From assembly GCA_964016885.1 (NCBI GenBank), contig OZ024740.1, positions 372,496,001-372,560,000 of the forward strand: a stretch of 64,000 nucleotides of DNA, in the 5' to 3' direction. Source of the stretch: Eledone cirrhosa (taxonomy: Eukaryota). The position numbers and the translations under genes are program-made. Of this stretch, positions 58,110-64,000 are shown piece after piece (within the stretch, counting starts at the first letter, position 1; each line of letters begins with the position of its first letter). The notes under the pieces were generated by a model that was given only the letters and a program-made list of their open reading frames with translations, did no database searches and had not been told where the DNA came from.

Positions 58110-60930
58110 GAAACATGAAGAGTGCAAATTGGCTCAAGCCAGAAAGATTATGAAATTCGAATGTGGGAAGGCAGCAACAATGATACTACCTTAACTCGTG
58201 TTGGTCTACGTTCAAGGTTTATCCTTGTGAAGTCGGCAAGCCGAACCCGCCACATTCTTTAAAGTGGAGAAGGGTCTCGAAGACATAACGTCCAGGGAGC
58301 ATGACAGTTTACCAGCGACGAAGTAATCTTCAAAAGTGAAAACTTCGCTCGAAAATAATCTGTTGTCCCATTTTGTCATACATCCGATATACTTGTAAGG
58401 CTGAAGATAAAAGTTGTCCCGCGGCCTGAACACCTGGTAAATCATGACCTGCGATGTCCTTGATGATCCAGACATTTCCCGATGTCAAACATCGTTAAGA
58501 GAAAAATGGTCTGAGATAAGCTTAGAAGCCGTGCTTCAGATGTTGCCAAAAAAAATAAAAAAAGGATCCCGGACCTTATATACCTGCCTAACAGGTTCAC
58601 GATCAGAGTATACTTTGAAGGCAAAAGTTAAAATGTCATATTTATAATGTCACAAGTCACCTGAAAAAACGTCTGATCCCAACACTAAGTGAATACAAAC
58701 GAGTGCTACGACCGACACCGCATACTTAATAAAAGCGATCAACAACGACAGTATGATACACCTGCAGCATTACCAACAAGAACAACAACAGCAGGAACAC
58801 CAGAACTATCACCAGCACAGACCACTGCAACAAGTACACTAGTAGCTTAGACAACAATCACCCCCAACAATACGATCATTCACCAACATCAGCACGAATA
58901 ACAACAGGATAGCTACGAGGAAAACCACCAAGGGTTTTTTTTTCCAATCCAACTCTCCATTTCAAACACACTCCTACCAATACTTGAGATAGATTCCGCA
59001 GACACTAATACCCCCCCCCTCACGCAATGAAGATAATGAGGGGGACCACCCAAAATCAAAGAAAATACACATAAAACATTTTGCCTCACTCCAATACAGA
59101 CACATCTACAACACCTACTCCACCAATACCACAACCATCAACACAAGCGCCGCTACCTCCACCATCAACATAATCAACATTACCCAACTACAACTATACA
59201 CAAAAAGAAGACACAAACAACAAAAACAACTAGCCACACAGACATCGAACTTTGTACTAGGGAGAAAAAGAAACAAACTGATATCTCTGACCGTACAAAT
59301 TGACAAAATAAATGCAAAGCGGTAGGTTATGCGCACCAGCATCTTCAAGATCTCAAAAATGCTTCTCATGGTCCGCATGTCGTTCGACACATAAAAAAGG
59401 GTTAGGGAGAGATTCCCGTACTACCTGGAAGAACGTAATGTAAACCTCACTAGTAGACTTTTAAAGTAAAACCCCTTGAACCCCAACCAGCTATGGATGA
59501 TGGTGGCACAGGAAATCGAATAAATTGCTTTTAGTGAATAATTAGTAATATGAAAATAGAGTAGAGGGGGAATTCGTAGCTAAACTAGAAGAGGCGATTA
59601 GGTGTAGCATTGCAGTAGACCTGCTAAGGGCAGGCAAAACATGGCATTAGACTGTTTCTTCAATGCGAAACACGAATATTGCATTGTCAAAGCTAAGGCA
59701 CGTCTTCTTAGACAAAACAGAATGAGAAATGTTTGATTAATTCAAGTGGCAGAGGTGCAGCGGGGCAATAAAAACAATTCGATGTTTGATGGACCGAAAT
59801 GAACGCATGCTGCTCGATTTCAAGCATATGTGCGCCATTTCCTAGCGGCATTTTCCAAAGCAGTTTGTGGCAAGCGGAAAGGGTGTTATAAACCAAGTTT
59901 ATAACTTTGCTTAACATAGTACAAGATTTTGATAAAAATATTAGCAAATGGATTCATACATCTCGAGCACGTGTGTGGTCAGGGATATGCAGGCATGAGC
60001 AATCCCGAGTAGGACAATGCACAACAAACTTCATCTCATGCGATACATCATAGAGACCCTATGGAGTAAATTTGGTTTTGGTGGAGCTCTCATCTATTTA
60101 GATCAATCGACTGCTTTCCATGGGAGCCAAACCTCGATACATAGAAGCTGTTCTCAAGGCAGTAATTTTCAGTCCTGCATAACGACATCCACTCGGTAGT
60201 CAGAGTAAATGGCCACATACCGGAAACGTTTGAGATCACGCGCTCAGTACGTCAAGGATAATTACATTCCTCCCTGCTGTATGTACTGAATTTTGAGTCA
60301 CTAATGAGGCAGTTGGATCTGATTAAATATATCTCGCTTTTACCGGGTCGTAGATTGGCTGCGTCGGCATATGCGGACGATGTCTATGTGATGATCTCAA
60401 GTACCGAGGAAATCGAAATGGTCAACAACGTCTTAGAGGAAAAGGCGACGAGAACAAAATTTAAACCGGACATGTCGGTGGTTTGTCAGCCCAGCACCTG
60501 GAGGGAAATCCATGCCGTTCAACCACTCTGGTCGGCCGAACTAGTCAAGCTGCTCGGAGTTTGGTTTGTTCCAGCAATCCAAGTGGACAAGAACTAGAAA
60601 ATGAGCTAAGAGAACCCTATCCCTAAAAGCTCGGACAAAGATGACAAACACGTACATGAATTCTGTCACGTATTAACGTTTTGGCGTCATGCCTTTCTCA
60701 AGCTCGCGGGTCATCGAGCTAGAACGCCTGCTCTTTCACATCTTGTGGAAAGGACAGGTTCCACTGGCCAGTTAATCTCTCTGCTTCCAACGCCCTTTTC
60801 ACAGAGAGGCTGAATATGTATAACCAGTCGCTGATGCTATCACATGTGCAGATATTCCCGATCAGTCAACAGGTTTGGTCACACTTTGTCAAACGCGTCC
60901 TTCTACGGCTCATCTCTTTGACTGAACTGT
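58110..60930 (+). mobile_element. Degraded L1/Tx1-like LINE (ORF1 remnant, low-complexity linker, RT remnant)
   Basis: RT motifs 'GALIYLDQSTAFH', 'VRVNGHIPETFEITRSVRQG', 'PLLYVL.FESL', 'ASAYADDV', 'VKLLGVWF'. Boundaries approximate. Confidence 0.75.
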
Positions 60931-63199
60931 TGGCGATAAATATAAACATCTAATAAAGCATAAAGGCCACTTAACCCACTGTAATTTACCCATTTAGTCA
61001 TTAGTCTTGTGTTTCAATTTGATATCATGAAATACTATCTTCTCTAGGAAGAGAAACATTTATCACAACGATGGTCATATATTCCTTTCGCCTGACACTA
61101 ATTTTCCACCTATCTAAAAATGTTATTATCTGCTATATAATCTGGAAATGTGGAGACGGTAGATATGTTCTAATTTTGGACGTTGGCTGTATTACTCATA
61201 TGGATATAATTGCGTTCGACAAAGGACAATTGATGTTACTGAGGTAATATCAAAACATCTATTCCTGTTTCATAATTTCACGATTGACTCCATCATCATG
61301 AAATTCTGAATTACGTGCTCTTAGTTTTGCTCCTGAAAAATCTCTTGTATCTACCCGGGCGTGTAAGTGTGTGCCTGTATTGAGAATTTAAATTCCATTT
61401 ATTTATTACTCCTGTTATCATTGTGATTGTGGTCTCAAAGCCTATTGCTTTTAAACGTAATAGCCATCGATTGACACTATTTATTGTAATAATGATGTGA
61501 ATTCAATGAAAGTAACACTTGGATCATTTAACACCAATTCGCATAATTGAAAATCTGAGGCGGACCGAAATATAAATATTGGCATATATCTGCAATAAAT
61601 GCTTTTGAAATCACAATGAACATATTGAATTTGATTTCATAAAATATAACGGTTTATTACATCAAGGAAAATTAATAATAAATATTTTGGACTGTTCCTA
61701 ATTTCTCTAGACGTGATTGTTAAAGTAATAATGAATATATTGATACTGATTTCGATGATATTAGCCATTACGATATATATTATTTGACATTGTAGTTACA
61801 TTATCGTTTTTTTGTAAATATACATGTACCCAAATATATATGTGCAGGTGTACGTGTGTGTGCGAATGTTTGTGTGGGGATATGTTTAAGTTTGTGTGTA
61901 CGTATGCATAGTAATAATATTAACAAAGTGAAATTGCCTACTTTGGCTTTTAAATGGGGAATAAAAACTAGTAGTCACAACTGTCTAGCTATCCATATAT
62001 ATATATCTACTTGTCTACTCGCAGAAACAATGGAGTATAGAACCATTATCAATTGAAATAAACCACTCACAAACTCTCTGAAATGTATAAAATAGATAAA
62101 GCAATCGTGATGTAAAGTAAATGGAACTATTATTAACAGAAAATGGAGCACCAATTTAACGATAAAACAAACTAGAATTAGTGAGAAAACAAAAGATATA
62201 AAACTGATAAGTAGAAGATATTGTTTTAAAATGCTTATATTGTCATGTGAGTTTCAAAAACGAAGTGGTGGATTTTGCTTGAACTTCTTAAGTTGCTAAT
62301 AATAAAACTTTCAGGTTCAACGTTATAACTTGTAGTTGAACATTCTACATAACTTTCGTTAACGGTTAGAAACAAAATAAGATCTGATAAAAACAACGCC
62401 ACAAGATTTTTACTGCATGGAAAACAAATCAATGCTGATAAAACTCTAATATGACTTGTCCAGACTATCGATGCAGACTTTTGTTCCTATTTCCAATATA
62501 TGTTTCTGGCAGTAAACAGATAGTGCCTCGTTTCATCGTAGTAGATGTTGAAGAACAGAATTATAATTCCTCAGTTTTGACACTAACTTTTTAACGATTT
62601 TATACATTACGTCAGAGTATGTACAAGAGAAAATGTTATAGGTGAAATACTTACCAGTAATAATAGTTATGTAGCTTCTGCGTGTGTTCAGCATATTATA
62701 TCTGATTTCATTCAGTTCCAGCTATCGTGCTTTGAATATTTAACTCAATTAGAAACACACATTAATCTCTCCCGCCCCCAGGAAGTGAAGTTATTCATAA
62801 ATTAACAGGACGGCTATTCATCATATTTGATTGTTAGATAAATTGATGACAAACGTATGTGCTTTTCATCTCAAAACCCCAAATCTACGTAAAATGATGT
62901 GGATGCTATATTATAGTTAAGCATTATCGTTTAATGGCAATACAATTTGCATCCTTTTCATCCTAACATCCTCATTTGATAATGGTTTTTTAAAAATCAG
63001 CTTGTTTTTCTGTATGACTTAAGGTTATATATTTAGGTTTTCATTTCCATTATTTCATAGAATATATGATATACTCATCCAAATGGGCATGCTATATTCA
63101 TAAGTTCCAATTAGAATTATTATGTTCAAGTAACAGCATCATATAGGGCATACGCTTTTGGTGGGGCGTGCCTTGTTATAGCACTAAGATTTATAACCG

Positions 63200-63262
<63 letters not shown>

Positions 63263-63689
63263 CTCACACACACACTCCCCCCACACATCTGTATTTAGAT
63301 ACAACGGAAAAAGCTTCCTCATATGATTGTATTTCAATATGAAATAGCTTTCCGAATATTCTCAATGAAATTCCAAAATCTGAAAGAAATATATATTACG
63401 TATTCAATCTGTCATTTATTTGTATTCTGCAATGATTATTCAAAATCATTTCGGTAAAATGCTTTCCGGAAATCATTATGAAAGTATTTTTTTTCTTTTA
63501 CAATTTGTTCTTTCCAATGCAATTTTCCTTTTATTTCCATACCTATAACAAATTTAAGGAAATAGTGCAGGCGTATATGAACATCGTCACAATGACGTTC
63601 TCTTATGCTAATTATACTTCTGCTAAATATATCCGATAAATATGCATACCTCTAGAAGAATCATAGGGCTTGATTGATAAAAGATATCA

Positions 63690-63910
63690 GCCTTAATGAA
63701 GATAGGTATACTGTGAAGAATATAAATTGAGTGCAAGAATTGCAAACAAAATGGTGCAGAAATGCGCCAGCTTCAGCATTCAGTTATCAGAAGAAGAGGA
63801 TAGGCGTAAATGCCAATCTTCAATTCGGTATTCGTGCCAACACTTACCTATGGTCATGAATGTTGTGTAATTACCGAAAGAATACAATCGCGAATACAAA
63901 CTGTAACTGG
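63690..63910 (+). mobile_element. RTE-clade LINE fragment
   Basis: 'MRQLQHSVIRRR…VFVPTLTYGHECCVITERIQSRIQT' resembles the RTE post-RT motif 'P.LTYG.ESW'. Confidence 0.65.
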
Positions 63911-64000
63911 TAACACAGTTTAACTGTATCGTTTTGATGAAAGTAAGGTTTTAGTTTGATTAACAAGTCTGAAAACCGCATTGCTGTTGAAGTCATGGAC

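Overview
AT-rich eukaryotic (animal) repeat landscape with no host protein-coding exon, tRNA or rRNA gene that I can support. It is dominated by (TA)n, (CA)n, (AG)n and (TAA)n microsatellites and decayed transposons. The repeated tRNA-derived SINE (…ctgagttcaaatcccgccgaggttgactttgcctttcatcc…ggggtcgataaaataaagtaccagt) resembles octopus SINEs, so an octopod genome is inferred. Recognisable remnants are a GC-rich CRE-clade RT (1-1035), RTE-like, L1/Tx1-like, CR1-like and R4/Dong-like LINEs, a Helitron, an internally deleted mariner, and two Penelope-like elements (PLEs; RT + GIY-YIG at 30.66-33.6 kb, C-terminus + 3' region at 37.0-38.3 kb). The main signal lies in the short 'unique' islands between (TA)n tracts. 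About 15 type I hammerhead-ribozyme motifs from roughly nine unrelated sequence families can be folded by eye. They include canonical CUGANGA cores, U3-A8 compensatory cores (UUGAUAA, UUGAAAA) and a recurrent CAGAAGA core. Many sit in large fold-back palindromes with one shared architecture: one arm stops at an internal TA/TAT microhomology next to (TA)n, and the other carries an extra tail. These are best read as PLE pseudo-LTR insertions targeted to (TA)n. All folds and family assignments were done by eye and need computational and biochemical confirmation. Almost all ORFs in the supplied track are microsatellite artefacts.
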